Source of the DNA: Mobula birostris
Lineage: Eukaryota
Assembly: GCF_030028105.1 (NCBI RefSeq)
Contig: NC_092393.1
Location: 9,614,012 to 9,678,011, forward strand
DNA length: 64,000 nucleotides
Direction: 5' to 3'
This document shows, in pieces, positions 26,051-39,432 of the stretch (positions are counted from its first letter, which is position 1; each line of letters opens with the position of its first letter). The notes beneath the pieces are model-generated. The model made no database searches. It was not told where the DNA came from and was given only the letters and a program-made list of their open reading frames with translations. Made by a program: the position numbers and the translations under genes.

Positions 26051-28787
26051 TTAATGGCTCAAAGCCATAACATTGAGTCCCAGTTCAACGCGGTGCTACA
26101 GAGAAGCAATATATTACCAAAAGGTTCCCCAAGTAGCTTGTTAGAAACTGGTCCACCCCTGTTCCATCAGCCAATGTACTAGGGACCCAGAGAGGTCAAT
26201 GCAACATTGAAATTGAACTCTATATCTGGAAAAGTCGAGACAGTAACGAGCTTGTTGCAGTTTCCTACCAGCTGTTGAGAGTTGCTGTCATGATGTCCTG
26301 GCTAATGTGTGTGCGCTGACTGCTCCCGTTCACTGAGGTGGTTTCAGGGAGCCCACGTTGCCCTTTCATCTGTTGGCGACACCTCCCTTGCCAGCTAACG
26401 CTCTCACTTAACTAGATGACGTTTCAATGCAAAGGCAGAGAGCACGTTCCTCGGACACTCTCCATCATGCTTGTTTACAAGCTCTGGTACTTGCAAGGAT
26501 GAAGGTTCGTAAGCATTCTTACACCCCCTGGAGGTGAAACTCTCCTGTGCACGCCTCTCCGCTCTCCACAAGCATAATAAACGGCGGCAGGCTGGATTTC
26601 AGTCAGGAAGGGACCTTGATTTGGCGCTGAGGGCATCAGGTGTATACTTGGATCATTTTAGTTTGAAGAGCTCACAATCGCTCAAACATGACGGAATGTA
26701 AAATGCGAGCCAGATTCGGCCCATCTACTAACGAGGGAAGGCTGGAATCATCGTCTCTGCTCCCTTCCCCAGCGTCTCGCTCCCTCCCCCCTTCGTTCCC
26801 TCACCTGCATCAATCCACATCCCTCTTATTTTGACTGCTTTCTTCTATCCCTTTCTCTTTCTTCCCGTTTTCCACTTTCGCTTCTCTCTTCTTCACTCCT
26901 TGCTTTGAGTGAATCCTTTTCCCCCTATCCGGCTTTCTCTCCGTCTCCATTCATCGCCAATACTGCGTGATCAGCCTGCATGATGCGATTCACGTTGTAA
27001 TATCATACAGAGTTTCTTTAACACCGCTTTTTGTAAATAAAGCGTCGCCCGACAGAGACACAGAATATTAATTCTATTGACTATCCTGACTCCGCAGTTC
27101 TTATGACAACGATTTCAATACACGGGTCATAAAGGATTTTGCTCTCCATGGGTCATTTAACCATGCACTAGGAAATTTTTAAATAGGGGTTGCTGACTTT
27201 GAAGGACAAAGCTACTTTGTAAACCGGTGCAATCTAAACTGCGTCATTTAATCAAAATATTATTTAAGCCAACGGTGAAACGTTAAGGTGGATTTCCAGC
27301 ATCTGCTGATTTTCTCTTGTTTATGTGTACAATACATTCGTTTTAAGACATTTTATTTCTGAAACGTGCTTCATATGCATAGGCGACACAACGACACAAC
27401 AGGTTATTCGGCCCATTGCACCCCTGATAGCTTTCTGAAAGCCTATACAAATTCGTACTAAAATTGCAAAAACATTTACCCCTTTACTTCTTTTGAAAGT
27501 TACTAAATCTTCTTCCGCAGTCTTTGTGGCGGTGCGTTTCGGATACAACTCTGCTTTAAGAAAATACATCTCCGCCAAATATTCCAACAAGAATTCTTCA
27601 AGATACAAGTATATCGGCGATTACTTATTAAAATGAAGGTTGTTCAATATTCACTAATTTGGCAATGAATATTTAAGCAGCAAAGAACTGCCTGGGACAC
27701 AAACAATGACTGATCAACCAGGAAAATACAGCAATGGAGATGCTAGTCAAGGCTGGGCGCGGAGCGCGGTCACATAGATGATGGTATCAGGCAAGTGTAA
27801 TAGAAGGGCGGTGGGGTTCAGTGCAACCAACATCGGAGACCTTTCCAGACAGATCAGGGCAACTGTTAGGGGCGCTTAGCTATTATTGCACTGTAGCTAA
27901 AGCACTGAAGGAGAGACTCCCGTATTTGTCAGCCGTAACCCTCGTTACCGAGTAAACACACACCAAGTGCACCATCTGTCTAAACAGCTCTGAGCAGCAG
28001 CCTTTTATCTAAAGCAAAACCCACCTCACATCCGATTCTGACAGATCAGATCTGACAGATAAGGTAGATTTGTTTAAAGGTAGATTATTATTGTTGACAG
28101 CAAAATAAACCCCTTAAAATTCCAGCGAAAATGTGTCTTTCGAACCCATTGAGATCGCTTATTTCTCTTTATTTACGGAATAAACTCATCGCCTCTCCCA
28201 TCAAACGCTAAATAAAAATATTTTAACAAAAATCTCCCTAATTTTTTGTCGTTTATTCAAAGACTGCTTGAAGCGAGCTGTTTTCACGGCGCAGCAGACA
28301 AGGGATGTTATTTATCATCAGGATCCAGACACAACCTTCAGCTCGGATACAGTAAAAGAGCTTCGCTGCTGCAGATGTGCCAGCAGTTACCCTGCGTCCT
28401 TTCATTCCGCATTCCAGCCAATGCATTGACAGAGTTTACTGTCGACCGTGCATCCTGATCTTGTATATAGGAAAAGTCCAAATATTTGGATGCGTGCGTG
28501 CGTGTATTCTTGCGATTATAATCATAAATAGCAACTCTTCACTGACGTTAAATGCAGTTAAATTTTACACATAGGAGGAACAAAACCTGTAATTAATATA
28601 CACAGTTTTAGTTTAAAATCACGTACGTTTCCCATTGCAAGGTTAATCCTTGCATCGTTACTGTTATGGTTTGTAGCAAATTAGCTTAACAAATAAACAC
28701 TTTCTCGTGGCTGCCAGTGTCTTCTCCCGTTGGTTAATACTCTTACACGATTTAATTCTAAAACGGTGTAGTTGTGAAGCTCCTCAC

Positions 28788-29045
28788 CTTCCTGCAGAGA
28801 TCCCTGGTCACAGTGCAGCCCAGATGCAGGACAAGGATGCAATAGGCTGCGCCTGCCACAGCCTCTGATGGTAGCATTGACTTTCTTCTTTGTTTGGGAG
28901 TGCCCTCTGTTTCCTGCCTTTGGCTGCCCTTTGTAATGGTGTTATTCTTTTCTTTATCTCTCTCTTGTCCTGATGCAATTGCTGATCAGCTGAAATATTC
29001 AGGGTCCCATTCCTCCGCTTGTTATAACTCGCTACTCGCACTTGT
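28788..29045 (-). other. bsk146: Probable non-coding first exon (5' UTR) of the kinase gene
   Basis: Donor AAG|GTGAGG at 28787, directly downstream of a TATA-like box and CCAAT array in a CpG-rich, repeat-poor zone. The start site is estimated from the TATA position. Confidence 0.65.
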
Positions 29046-29064
29046 GCTCTCCTGTGTACCAGCT

Positions 29065-29255
29065 GAAGGGTATTTAAAGGGACCCAGAGCAGTGGCTGAC
29101 AGGCAATCCCGCCCAATACCAGCAGTGACCAATCAGAAGCGAGACACCGTGCCCGTCACCAATCACAATCGTGACATTATAACTATCGCCAATGGAAATC
29201 AAATTGTCAAAATACTTCCACCAATCACAGTCTAACTGGGATGAATCAATTGGCA
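29065..29255 (-). promoter_or_regulatory. Core/proximal promoter: TTTAAATA box, GC box, CCAAT array
   Basis: TATTTAAA at 29071-29078 (TTTAAATA on minus), CCCGCCC at 29108-29114, CCAAT at 29113, 29129, 29159, 29189 and 29221, and ATTGG at 29249. Confidence 0.75.
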
Positions 29256-31239
29256 GCAGAACTGACAGAGCGATAAGAATGCAGCACAATAAGCAGGGAG
29301 TATGCCGACGCTAAATGGGGTTCTTCACCTTCCGCCTCACGAGCTGGCCTGAAAAATTAGTGCAAAACCAAAATACTGCGGAAGTTGGAAAACCGAAACA
29401 ATAGGAGAAAACGCTGGAAATACCCAGCGGGTCAGGCAGCACTCGCGAGGAAACAAAGTATACATTTCACATTCGACGACCATTTCACCAGGGTCACCGA
29501 CCAGCATCCAGGCTGCTTAAAGCTGGAAACATGTTCGTGCTTCACGTCACGGCACGTAGACAAGGGCAAGTACACAGTGTGAAAAATCTATCAACCGCCA
29601 GATTGCATTATGGAATTGTGATTGAAACGTGCTCCCGAGTAAACTCGAACACTGTTTATTTGCTGTTTGCTCCAAAGCAGAACAGTGGATTCCCCGAGGC
29701 TAGCACACAATAGATGCAAATGCCACAGGCTGCAAGAAGAGTCGTATTATTTGAATGAACCGTCTGGTTACTTTATAGCCTCGTAATCGCTCCCTGGTAT
29801 CTGTTATTTTATTTATTATGCAAACAACATAACGCCATTTTAGTCGTTATTACACCTAGTACAGTCAGTATCACTATTATGTATTGTATTATATCTGGTC
29901 AGCATCTTTTTTTATAACTCATTCAGGCAGCCATGTTTGGACCCATTGCTTGCATCGTATCAAAACAGCAAAGGGAAATTCTGACAACCACACAATTGCA
30001 CTGCATGTGTGTGCAAAAATGCGGACCACTAATTTGCCAAGACTGAAGTTCCTTGCTTCTAAATACTCTGCAGAAAGATTCACTGCCACTAACTAGAATC
30101 AAAAGGAACAATAAAAGATAACATTCCTGTAACAATAGTTGCAGGATTATCCTACAATTAAAGAAAAGATTCCTTTGTTTGCTCCAACAGATTGTTAGCC
30201 TGAAGAGTGTATGAACTTGATTGTAGCCTGCTGAACAATTGTAGAGTGCTGAATGGAGTATTTCCATTTTATGCAATTCGATGACATTTAGGATTGCTCA
30301 GACTGAGTTGGATAGTTTGTTTTAAGCTTGTGATGTTATTTGTAAAGCATGATAGGAGAACTGCTACGGGAACTGTTAATTCCCGATTAATAGTTTGAAA
30401 TCTTACATCTACACCTACTTCCTATCACATTTTTTCCTTGGAAAAAAATGATCATAGGAACATAATAATGAGGAACCTGAGTAGGTTATTGAGCCCTTCA
30501 AGCCTGTTCTACCATGGATGGTCACAGCTAAGATGCCATTTTCCTGCATTATTCCTTAATATTCAGAAATCCAACTATCTTTGAATGATGTCATTATCCG
30601 AGTTACCATGATCTTCTGCAGTAGAGATTTTCAAAAATTCCCCACTATCAGCATGGATGATTTCTCCTCATCTCAGTGCTATCCCTATTTTGAGTCTGTG
30701 ACCCCAGTTTTTTTGTTGGATCTTCTCTGCATCTAACCTGTTCAGCCCTGTAAGAATTTTGTAGGCTTCAGTGAGGGCTCTTCTCATTCTCTCTCCGAGG
30801 ACTCAAGCTCAGTCTCTTTATATATGGTAAATCTGCCAACCCAACACTCAGTAGAGGGAATCTTCCTGTATGATAATTATATATATATTTTTATAGGTAA
30901 GGGCACAAATTACACACATTCTCCATGTTTGGACTCACCAGGGCTCCATATACTTGCAGTTAAACCTGTACACCTGCAGTTACACCTGTATTCAAATTCT
31001 CTTGCAGTAAGATTCTCTGCATATGTGGACAATCTGGCACATTCTCTCCATGACCTACTGAATAAGCAGTGGAACACCTTTTCAAACAAGCTCATTCTTT
31101 CCTACCAAATGCAATAAGCATATGCAACAGTTCATCTCTGTGCAACAGGAGAACATACATCATAGTACAGTAGAATTTGCTTTATTATTTTGTACATTAT
31201 TATTGTACATTATTGCACATTAAATCTAGTCAGCTCCAT

Positions 31240-31700
31240 CTTTGGCACTAGCCTACAAAGTACCTAGGACATCTTTAGGGAGCGGTGTCTCAGAAAGGCA
31301 GCATCCATCACTAAGGACCTCCAGCACCCAGGGCATGCCCTTTTCTCACTGTCACCTTCAGGTAGGAGATACAGAAGCCTGAAGGCACACACTCAGCGAT
31401 TCAGGAACAGCTTCTTCCCTTCTGCCATCGGATTCATAAATGGACATTGAAGCTTCGGACTTCTTTCTCACTTTTTTAATAAACAGTATTTCTGTTTTTG
31501 CACATTTAAAAAAATCTATTCAATATATGTAACTGTTACTTGTTTATTATTATGCTTTATTTTATTTATTATTTTTTTTTCTCTCTCTCTCTGCTAGATT
31601 ATGTCTTGCATTGAACTGCTAAGTGTGTTTTCGAATGTTGCTGTTATAATAAAAGAATTTCCTACTCGGGATCAATTAAGTATTTATTATTCTTATTAAT
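31240..31700 (+). mobile_element. Rex1-like LINE 3' end
   Basis: RCLRKAASITKDLQHPGHALFS...RFRNSFFPSA. Similar pieces at ~34800-35375 and 45375-45700. Confidence 0.75.
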
Positions 31701-31994
31701 TATAATAGAGAGGTTCTCAGATAGGCAGATACATGTGCAGAGAATGGAGAAATACGGACATTGTGTAGGCTGAAGGATTTAGTTTACTTAGGTATTTAAT
31801 TGAAATATTTTGGGCTGAAAGGCCTGTTCCTGTGCTGTACTGTTCAAAGTTCTAGTTTTCCAGTTAATAACGTCAGGCTTACAGGAAAATGATTTTTGTT
31901 TCCTTTCCTGAATAATGGGGTCACTCTTGTTTCTCATCAGTCCACAAGAATCATTCTAGAACCTATAGATCAACTCCATCATGTACTAGCCTCT

Positions 31995-32440
31995 GTAGTC
32001 ATAGTCATAGTCATACTTTATTGATCCCAGGGGGATATTGGTTTTCGTTACAGTTGCACCATAAATAATAAATAGTAATAGAACCATAAATTGTTAAATA
32101 GTAATATGTAAATTATGCCAGTAAATTATGAAATAAGTCCAGGACCAGCCTATCGGCACAGGGTGTCTGACCCTCCAAGGGAGGAGCTGTAAAGTTTGAT
32201 GGCCACAGGCAGGAATGACTTCCTATGATGCTCTGTGCTGCATCTTGGAGGAATGAGTCTCTGGCTGAATGTACTCCTGTGCCCACCCAGTACATTATGT
32301 AGGGGATGGGAGACATTGACCAAGATGGCATGCAACTTAGACAGCATCCTTTTTTCAGACACCACCGTGAGAGAGTCCAGTTCCATCCCCACAACATCAC
32401 TGGCCTTACGAATAAGTTTGTTGATTCTGTTGGTGTCTGC
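31995..32440 (-). mobile_element. Rex1/L2-like LINE 3' end with a (GACTAT)n tail
   Basis: RINKLIRKASDVVG...HPLH...KSFLPVAIKLY, with tagtca repeats at ~31996-32015. Confidence 0.75.
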
Positions 32441-33451
32441 TATCCAAGACATCTTCAAGGAGCAATGTCTTAGGATATTGATTATTGGGATTTATTTGTT
32501 TTCAGTCTCATCATCTTCTGTGGACTGATGCTTTTACTAATATTAATTCCTTCATTCACCTTGAACCCAAGATGCTTTGAATACAGTGCATAAACAGGAA
32601 CAGGTGGATGTTTTATACTTGGATTTGCAGGTGTTCAATAAGATGCCAAATAAAAGAGATCCATAAGTTAAGGATGCATGGAGTTGGGGGGGTAATGTAA
32701 TAGATTAGATTTAGATTTATTTCTCACATGTACTTTGAAATATATAGTGAAGTGCATCGTTTGCATTAACAGCGAACACACCCAAGGATATGATGGGAGC
32801 AAGTGTCACCACACATCCCTGCGTCAATATAGTATGCCCACAATGTTCAGCAGAACAGTGTAAGTAACGACAACAATGATGGAACAAAACAACAGCAAAA
32901 CAAATCCCTTTCCCACCCACCTCCCCATGCAGCCGCTCCCTCACACACACACACACACACAGATAGGACAGAATGTCTCCAGGCATTCAGTCCTTGGCTC
33001 CTGACTCAGAGTTGCAGACATTGGGCCTTGAACCTCAGGTCCCTGGTCATAACTAGCAGGCTCGACCTTTAGGCTTCTACTTCCAGATTCGCCAACTTCG
33101 GTCTTCAACCTTCAGGCTTTCTACCTGCAGACTTGCTGAACTCTGAACTTTGACCTTTGCCCTCTGGACTTTGCTGATCTTCGGGTATCAACTCCAGAAC
33201 TCACTGATCAAGGGTCTGACCTTTGATCCTAGTGACTTAGGGGTCACGGTCCCTCATTACTCCTGCCCATATGGATCTTTGCCTTGGACTCATCGACCTG
33301 GAGATTGCTGGTCTCCTCAATGCCTGCTGACCCGACACTTGAGATTGTTGATCTTCGACCACAAAGTGCTTCATGTCTTGACTTCTGGACTCCTAAGGAC
33401 CTCCGAGACCAGTGACATGAGTGAGCATGGATAAAGGATTGGCTGACTATT

Positions 33452-34735
33452 AAGACCATAAGATAATAGGAGCAGGAGTAGGCTATTCAGCCCATCAAGT
33501 CTGCTCCATCATTCAGTCATGGGCTGATCCAATGCTTCCATTCATCTCCACTCCCCCGCCTTCTCCCCATACCCTTTGATGCTCTGGCTAATCAAGAACC
33601 TATCTACCTTTGCCTTAAATAGACCAAATGACTTGGCCTCCACAGCCTCTCGTGGCAACGAATTCCACAGATTTACCACCGACTAAAGTAATTTCTCGAC
33701 AACTCTGTTCTAAATGGATGTCCTTCAATCCTGAAGTTGTGCCCGCTTGTCCTAGACTCCTCTACAATGGGGAACAACTTTGCCATATCTAATCTGTTCA
33801 GGCCTTTCAACATTCGAAATGTTTCTAAGAAATCCTCCCTCATTCTCCTGAACTCCAGGGAATACAGCCCAAGAGCTGCCAGACACTCCTCATACAGTAA
33901 CTTATTCATTCCTGAAATTATTCTTGTGAATCTTCTCTCAACCCTCTCCAATGTCTTTGTTCCCACTCTCTGTTTTCTGCTGATCAGCCAATGCTCCACC
34001 CATGCTAGTAGCTTCCCTGTAATTCCATGGGCTCTTATCTTGCTAAGCAGCCTTATGTGCGGCACCTTGTCAAAAGCCTTCTGAAAATTCAAGTACGCCA
34101 CATCTTTTAAGAGACTCCTGGATAGGTACATGGATCTTAGAAAAATAGAGGGCTATGGGTAACCCTAGGTAATTTTTAAGGTAAGGATATGTTTGGCACA
34201 GCTTTGTGGGGCCAAGGGTTTGTATTGTGCTGTAGGTTTTCTATGTTTCTACTACATCTCCTTTGTCTACCCTGCTTGTAATTTCCTCAGAACATTGCGG
34301 TAGGTGTGTCAGGCAGAATTATCCTTTCAGGAAACCATGCTGACTTTGGCCTATCATGTCATGTCACTCCAGGTACTCCGTAATTTCATCCCTAAAAATC
34401 GATTCCAACAACTTCCCAACTGTCAGGCTAACAGGTCTATAGTTTCCTTTCTGCTGACTCCCACCCTTCTTAAGTAGCTGAGTAATATTTGCAATTTTCC
34501 ATTCATCTGGTACAATGCCAGAATCTATCGATTCTTTAAAGGTTATTTTCAATGCCTCCGTAATCTTACCAGCTACTTCCTTCAGAACCCCAAGGTGCAT
34601 TCCACCAGGTCCAGGAGATTTATCCACCCTCAGACCATGAAGCTTCCTCAGCACCTTCTCAGTCACAATTTTCACTGCACATACTTCACTTCCCTGACAC
34701 TTCTGAATGTCCGGTATACTGCAGATAACTTCCAC
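33452..34735 (-). mobile_element. CR1 ORF2 fragment with an internal deletion and a nested plus-strand CR1 tail (~34103-34250)
   Basis: [25 protein letters not shown] and LERVERRFTR motifs. Confidence 0.85.
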
Positions 34736-34799
34736 TGCACCTGTGTACAATGTTCCTTCAGTCGAATCTTCTGGATAGATCATGAAACCATATAACATA

Positions 34800-35376
34800 T
34801 TTATGCTGCTATAAAGAAGGTAAGAGAGCAGCTATATTTCATTAGGAGTTAGAGTAGATTTGGTTTGTTAACTTAAACACTTGAAAACTTCTACAGATGT
34901 ACCATGGAGAGCATTCTGATTGGCTACATCACCGTCTAGTTGGGGGGGGGGACTACTGCACAAGATTGATGTAAGTTGCAGAAATATGTAAGATTAGTGA
35001 GCTCCATCATGTAGTATCCAAGACATCTTCAAGGAGCAGTGTCTTGGGAAGGCACCTGTCATTAAGGATCCCCATCGCCCAGGCCATGCCCTCTCCTCAT
35101 TGTTACCATCAGAAAGGAGGTACAGAAGCCTGAAGGCACACACTTGATGATTCAGCAGCAGCTTTGTCCCCTCTGCCATCCAATTTCTAAATGGACATTG
35201 AATCCGTGAACACTACCTCACTATTTTTTATTTGTTTTTGCGCTACTTATTTTAACTTAATTATTTAATAGACTTATGTACTTACTGTAATTCAATTTTT
35301 TTCTCTATATTTATCATGTATTGCCAAATTTCACAACATATACTGGTGATAATAAACCTGATTCTGATGCTGATTC
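34800..35376 (+). mobile_element. Rex1-like LINE 3' fragment
   Basis: NFYRCTMESIL..YIT and IKDPHRPGHALS motifs; tail aataaacctgattctgat. Confidence 0.75.
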
Positions 35377-35399
35377 TCCAGTTGGCACTTAATGCTGAA

Positions 35400-36375
35400 C
35401 AGTGTGCCAAGGTGTTGATGCTGGGCCCTCAACTGTTCACATTAACGATTTGGAAGAGGGGACCAACTGTAGCATATCTAAGTTGGCTGATGACACCTAA
35501 ATTGCGTGGTAAAGCAAATTATGCAGAGTACGCAGAGAGCTATAGATAAAATGAGTGGCAAGTGTTCAGCAGATGGAGTACAATATTTGTAAATGTGAGG
35601 TCATCCAATTTGAAAGGGAAAATAGAAGATTAGATTACTATTTAACTGGTGAAGGGTTACAGCATGGTGTTGTGCAGAGGGATTTGAAGGTGCTTGAGCA
35701 TTAATCACAGGTTTATAGGTGCAACAGATTGTCAAAATGACAAATGGAATGTTGGCCTTCGTTGCTGGAGAGATTGAATTTAAGAGCAGGGAAGTTATGC
35801 TGCATCTGTACCAGGTACTGCTGAGGCTGTGCAGGAAGCACCATATGCAGCTCTGGTCTCTTCACTTGAAAAAAGATGCATTGGCTTTACAGGCAATGCA
35901 GAGGAGATTCACAAGGACGATTCTGGAAATAATGGTGTTAACCCATGAGGAGAGATTGAATTGCCTGGAACTCTACTTGCTGGAATTGAGAAGAATGAGA
36001 GGGTATTTTACACAAACATAAAATTATAAAAGGCATAGATAAGATAGAGGCAGGAAAATTGTTTCCAGTGGCAAGTGAGATTAGATCTAGGGAGCAGAGC
36101 CTTGTGATTTATAAGAATACATTTAGGATGGAGATGAGGAGAAACTGCTTTTCCCAGAGAGTAGTGAATCACTAGAATTCTCTGTCCAGCAAAGCAATGG
36201 AGCTATCTCATTAAACATATTTAAAACAGATTTAGTAAGATTCATAGCTAGGGAATTAAGGATTACGGAGAAAAGGCAGATAGGGGGAACTGAGTCCACA
36301 GAAAGATCAGCCGTGGTGGAACAGGCTTGACAGGCCAGACAGTCGACTCGTGCTCCGAATTCTTTTATTCTTATT
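35400..36375 (+). mobile_element. Decayed CR1 RT and 3' UTR
   Basis: LGPQLF, ADDT.L and MQRRFTR remnants. Confidence 0.75.
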
Positions 36376-37289
36376 TCTAACAGGGTTTTCATGTCTTTTT
36401 CTGTGAGTACAAAGTATTTTTTTAAAACTTCACTGCCACTTCCTCAGTCACCATTATAAATTCTCCCATCACTGCTGGAAAGGTTCTGTATTTGCCACCA
36501 CTATCCCTTCCCTTTTTACATCAATGTAGGTGGCTCTTCCAATTCAGGTTTATATTTCTTATCAGTTTTCCTTCATATTTTATCTTCTCTTTTGGTATCA
36601 AAAGTCCTCCCTCGCTGAGATCTAAAATACTCCCAATTCTCAGTCCTACTACTATTTTCGGCAACTCTTTCTTGAATTTAATACTTTCTTTAATTTCTCC
36701 CATTAGCCTCAGATGCGCCGTTTCTCTGGCCGGGACTCTTTGTCTTAAATTAATCCTTTCTTATTATATCCTGTATTATTTCTTCAAATGTCCATTGGCT
36801 AACCAGTGCAATAATTTTGCATGAAGTTTCCCAATCAGTCACAACCAACCTCCCCGTACACCTCCATAGTTTCTATAGAACTATAGAATCATAGAACACT
36901 ACAGCACAGAAAACAGGCCATTCAGCCCTTCTAGTCTGTGCCGAAACTTTATTCCGCTAGTCCCATTGACCTGCACCCAGTCCATAACCCTCCAGACCTC
37001 TCCCATCTATGTATCTGTCCAATTTATTCTTAAAACTTAAGAGTGAGCCCGCATCTATCACGTCAGATGGCAGCTTGTTCCACACTCCCACCACTCTCTG
37101 AGTGAAGAAGTTCCCCCTAAACCTTTCCCCTTTCACCCTAAATGTAAATATATTTACATTTGGAAGCCCATTTATGGATTATATATTTTCAAGCTTATTG
37201 TAAAATCACATCACAATATAGTCAGTCTTTTCAAAAGTCACCATTCCAACACTGGAGAGAGATAGGAACAGACAAGTTAGAAAAGGGTT

Positions 37290-39432
37290 TAAGGGGAATT
37301 ATGAGGCTATCAGGCAAGGAACTGGAAGCTTAAATTGGAAACAGATGTTCTCAGGAAAAATGTATGGAAGACATGTGGCAAATGTTCAGGGGGATATTTG
37401 TGTGGAGTTCTGCATAGGTATGTCCAAAGGAGACAGGGAAGTTATGGTGGGGTACAGGAACTGTGGTGTGCAAAGGCTGTAATAAATCTAGTCAAGAAGA
37501 AAAGAAAAGCTTACAAAAGGTTCAGAGATCTAGGTAATGTTAGAGATCTAGAAGATTATAAGGCTAACAGGAAGGAGTTTAAGAAGGAAATTAGGAGAGC
37601 CAGAAGGGGCCATGAGAAGGCCTTGGCAGACAGGATTAAGGAAAACCTCAAGGCATTCTACAAGTATGTGAAGAGCAAGAGGATAAGACGTGAAAGAATA
37701 TGACCTATCAAGTGATGGTGGGAAAGTATGTATGGAAATGGAGGAAATACCAGAGGCAGTTAATGAATATTGTACTTCAGTCTTCACTGTGGAAAAGAAT
37801 CTTGGTGATTGTAGTGATGATTTGCAGCAGACAGAAAAGCTTGAGCATGTAGATATTAAGAAAGAAGATGTGCTGGAGCTTTTGGAAAGCATCAATTTGG
37901 ATAAGTCGCCAGGACCGGATGAGATGTACCCCAGGCCACTGTGGGAGGCGAGGGAGGAGATTGCTAAGCCTTTGGCGATGATCTTTGCATCATCAACGGG
38001 GACAGGAGAGGTTCTGGAGGATTGGAGGGTTGCGGATGTTGTTCCTTTATTCAAGAAAGGGAGTAGAGATAGCCCAGGAAATTATAGACCAGTGAGTCTT
38101 ACCTCAGTGGTTGGTAAGTTGATAGAGAAGATCCTGAGAGGCAGGATTCATGAACATTTGGAGAGGTATAATATGATTAGGAATAGTCAGCATGGCTTTG
38201 TCAAGGGGAGGTCGTGCCTTACGAGCCTGATTGCATTTTTGAGGATGTGACTAAACACATTGATGAAGGAAGAGCAGTAGATGTAGTGTATGTGGATTTC
38301 AGCAAGGCATTTGATTAGGTACCCCATGCAAGGCTTATTGAGAAAGTAAGGAGGCATGGGATACAAGGGGACATTGCTTTGTGGATCCAGAACTGGCTTG
38401 CCCACAGAAGGCAAAGAGTGGTTGTAAACGGGTCATATTCTGCACAGAAGTCGGCGACCAGTGGTGTGCCTCAGGGATCTGTTCTGGGACCCTTACTCTT
38501 CGTGATTTTTATAAATGACCTGGATGAGGACGTGGAGGGATGAGTTAGTACATTGCTGATGACACAAAGGTTGGAGGTGTTGTGGATAGTGTGGAGGGCT
38601 GTCAGAGGGTACAGTGGGACATTGATAGGAACTGGGCTGAGAAGTGGCAGATGGAGTTCAACCCAGATAAATGTGAAGTGGCTCATTTTGATGGCAGAAT
38701 ATAGTATTAATGGTAAGACTCTTGGCAGTGTGGAGGATCAGAGGGATCTTGGGGTCCGAGTCCATAGGACGCTCAAAGCAACTGAACAGGTTGACTCTGT
38801 GGTTAAGAAGGCGTATGGTATATTGGCCTTCATCAATTGTGGAATTGAATTTAGGAGCCGAGAGGTAATATTGCAGCTATATATGACCTTGGTCAGAACC
38901 CACTTAGAGTACTGTGCTCAGTTCTGGTCACCTCACTACGGGAAGGATGATAGAAAAGGTGCAGAGGAGATTTACAAGGATGTTGCCTGGAATGGGGAGC
39001 GTGCCTTATGAGAATACGTTGAGTGAACTCGGCCTTTTCTCCTTGGAGCGACGGAGGATGAAAGGTGACCTGATAGAGGTGTATAAGATGATGGGAGGCA
39101 TTGATCATGTGGATATTCAGAGGCTTTTTCCCAGAGCTGAAATGGTTGCCACAAGAAGATACAGGTTTAAGGTGCTGGGGAATTGGTACAGAGGAGATGT
39201 CAGAGGTATGTTTTTTACTCAGAGAGTGGTGAGTGCGTGGAATGGGCTGCCGGCAATGGTGGTGGAGGCGGATACGATAGGGTCTTTTAAGAGACTTTTG
39301 GATAGGTACATGGAGCTTAGAAAAATAGAGGGCTATAGGTAAGCCTAGTAATTTCTAGGCTTACATGTTCGGCACAACTTAGTGGGCCGAAGGGCCTGTA
39401 TTGTGCTGTAGGTTTTCCATGTTTCTATGTTT
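37290..39432 (+). mobile_element. 5'-truncated CR1 LINE (RT region and 3' UTR)
   Basis: [42 protein letters not shown]; tail catgtttctatg. Confidence 0.93.

Larger units (their letters stand above)
26250..29800. promoter_or_regulatory. CpG-enriched, repeat-poor region covering the promoter and the 5' part of intron 1
   Basis: CpG dinucleotides are visibly more frequent than in the flanks and retroelement insertions are few (judged by eye). Confidence 0.6.
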
